A DNA stretch of 64,000 nucleotides from Sphingobacterium sp. (GTDB lineage: Bacteria > Bacteroidota > Bacteroidia > Sphingobacteriales > Sphingobacteriaceae), in NCBI GenBank assembly GCA_048595255.1, contig JBMDWK010000025.1, positions 4,342-68,341 of the forward strand. Reading direction: 5' to 3'. Shown here in pieces: positions 62,295-64,000 of the stretch. Position 1 is the first letter of the stretch. Every line of letters starts with the position of its first letter. The notes under the pieces are model-generated. The model saw nothing but the letters and a program-made list of their open reading frames with translations, searched no databases and had not been told where the DNA came from. A program made the translations under genes and the position numbers.

Positions 62295-63338
62295 ATGTAT
62301 CCAGCTGGTGAGAAGAGATTTATAAATGTTAATAGAATCACTATTATCACTTTGTTTCTTGTTATTCTCGCTGGTGGTGTGGTCCGAAGCACAGGTTCGG
62401 GTATGGGTTGTCCAGACTGGCCTAAATGCTTTAACCAAATTATTCCTCCGACAGATGCAAGTCAACTGCCAGAAGGATATGAAGAACACTATATAGAGGG
62501 CAGAGTAAAGAAAAATCAGCGTTTTGCAAAGATGATTGATTTTTTCGGATACGCTGAGATGGCCGACAAAATCCGCCACGACGAATCTATATTACAACAT
62601 GAAGAATTTAATGCCGCTAAGACCTGGACGGAATATATCAATCGTCTGGTAGGTGTGCTAGCTGGTTTTGCTTTATTGTTTACAGCTGTTTTTTCGTTCA
62701 TTTATATTAAGTCAAAGCCAAGCATAGTCGTTTGGAGCGTTCTTAATGTAATTCTTGTTATTATTCAAGCATGGTTAGGGTCGATTGTCGTATCGACCAA
62801 TCTGATGCCTTGGATTATTACAGTGCACATGTTGCTGGCATTAATAATAGTTGCTGTAAGCATCTATACATTCTATGTGGCGACGACATTAAGAAACAAA
62901 CAGATATTAATTAACTATTCATTCCCAGGTCTCAAAGCCTTAGCGATAGTATCCTTAATCATTACCTTGATACAAGTCGTATATGGTACAGAGGTACGGG
63001 AGATAATAGATCATCTCAATAGCGAGGGGATCCCACGCACGAAATGGATAGATTCTATAGGTGCAAATTATAATATCCACCGGATATTGGCTTATGTGAC
63101 ATTGTTACTTACCGGTTTGTTGTTCTTTTTGGTGAAGAGTAGATTCAGCAAATCGTCAATACAGAGTCAATATGCATGGATTATCTTAATATTAGTACTG
63201 ATACAAATGTTGTCTGGAATTATATTAGCTAGATTTGCAGTTCCAGCTTTTGCGCAGACAACACACTTAGTAATTGCAAGTTTGTTTTTCGGAGCTCAAT
63301 ATTATTTGATGCTTTTGATGACGAAGCTGAAAAGGTAA
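62295..63338 (+). CDS. ctaA: Heme A synthase (COX15/CtaA)
   Basis: 'GGVVRSTGSGMGCPDWPKC', 'EYINR', 'VHM', 'HRI', 'HLV'. Confidence 0.9.
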   Translation: MYPAGEKRFINVNRITIITLFLVILAGGVVRSTGSGMGCPDWPKCFNQIIPPTDASQLPEGYEEHYIEGRVKKNQRFAKMIDFFGYAEMADKIRHDESILQHEEFNAAKTWTEYINRLVGVLAGFALLFTAVFSFIYIKSKPSIVVWSVLNVILVIIQAWLGSIVVSTNLMPWIITVHMLLALIIVAVSIYTFYVATTLRNKQILINYSFPGLKALAIVSLIITLIQVVYGTEVREIIDHLNSEGIPRTKWIDSIGANYNIHRILAYVTLLLTGLLFFLVKSRFSKSSIQSQYAWIILILVLIQMLSGIILARFAVPAFAQTTHLVIASLFFGAQYYLMLLMTKLKR

Positions 63339-63384
63339 GCACAAGAGCTTATTATTGAGAAGGAAAAAGGAGAAGAGTAGTCAA

Positions 63385-64000
63385 ATGAAAACTTTTATTT
63401 CAGATTTTAACAAACTTGTCAAATTACGACTGACGTTAACTGTTGTATTTTCAGCATCTATTGCATTTTTGATAGGTGCCAAGCAGCAGGGTGATATCAT
63501 GTGGTTCAATTGGTTATTATTGACGATTGGCGGTTTTTTGGTGACAGGAGCAGCTAATGGTTTTAATGAGATCATTGAAAAGGACATCGATAAATTGATG
63601 AAGCGTACAATGGACCGTCCACTTCCCGCCGAAAGAATGACTACTGGTCAGGCTTTGGTGTTGAGTGTGTTCATGGGCATATTGGGTACGATGGTATTGG
63701 TAAAGCTTAATTTCGTAGCCGGCTTACTATCCGTTTTTTCAATTTTCTTGTATGCTTTTCTATATACTCCGTTAAAGCCAAAATCACGAATCGCCGTATT
63801 TGTAGGCGCTATACCTGGTGCATTGCCACCGCTAATTGGTTATTTTGCGGCTTTCGAATCTTTAGGATTTGGTTTAGCTTATGCTGCACAAAATGAATCG
63901 GCTATTGTCATTACTCCTTTTGTATTGTTCTTGATTCAGTTTTTCTGGCAATATCCGCATTATTGGGCGATTGCTTGGGTAGCGGATGAGGACTATAAAA
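63385..64000 (+). CDS. cyoE: Protoheme IX farnesyltransferase (heme O synthase), 3'-truncated by window edge
   Basis: Not in the ORF track; translated by hand from ATG 63385: 'AANGFNEIIEKDIDKLMKRTMDRPLP', 'YTPLK', 'GAIPGALPPLIG', 'WQYPHYWAIAW'. Confidence 0.93.
   Translation, partial: MKTFISDFNKLVKLRLTLTVVFSASIAFLIGAKQQGDIMWFNWLLLTIGGFLVTGAANGFNEIIEKDIDKLMKRTMDRPLPAERMTTGQALVLSVFMGILGTMVLVKLNFVAGLLSVFSIFLYAFLYTPLKPKSRIAVFVGAIPGALPPLIGYFAAFESLGFGLAYAAQNESAIVITPFVLFLIQFFWQYPHYWAIAWVADEDYK

Noticed and set aside
821-63587. Many short antisense or out-of-frame ORFs in the track (e.g. 821-1072, 1973-2371, 3697-4119, 12969-13445, 54185-54520, 62265-62579)
   Set aside because: They lie almost entirely opposite or within well-supported genes, have no recognisable motifs, and are typical shadow ORFs.
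1-64000. CRISPR array, IS/transposase, integrase, tRNA or rRNA
   Set aside because: No regularly spaced repeats, transposase/integrase motifs or structural RNA signatures were recognised by eye. Not excluded for small ncRNAs without an Infernal/tRNAscan run.

Overview
Bacteroidota chromosomal window, AT-rich and most likely Sphingobacteriaceae/Sphingobacterium-like (inferred from gene content). No rRNA, tRNA, CRISPR array or IS element was recognised. (1) 1-37.1 kb is a composite utilisation locus. It has two GH146/GH127-type beta-L-arabinofuranosidases, two double-GH43 enzymes, a GH2, two SusC/SusD pairs (one with fasciclin-like and DUF5007-like lipoproteins) and a DUF5695-like protein co-transcribed with Xaa-Pro aminopeptidase. 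It also has an AraC regulator and a 7-gene operon: four 4-hydroxyproline catabolic enzymes, a DUF885 protein, an APC permease and an S9 peptidase. Five promoter regions in this block share one architecture: GNTAAWAT-like half-sites 21 bp apart, with a Bacteroidota -7 box starting 56-57 bp after the first G. This suggests a single regulon for plant hydroxyproline-rich glycoproteins (extensin/AGP), covering sugar removal, peptide cleavage and Hyp catabolism. (2) 37.3-50.4 kb holds housekeeping genes (nadE, gldB, two FKBPs, panC/panD, half-GT5, LacI, msrB) and a TonB-dependent receptor preceded by a His-rich uORF ending in RGPP, a candidate metal-sensing ribosome-arrest leader. (3) 50.7-64 kb is the alternative complex III operon (actA-F), followed by cytochrome c oxidase subunits II and I and the heme A/heme O synthases, with a Fur-box-like palindrome upstream.
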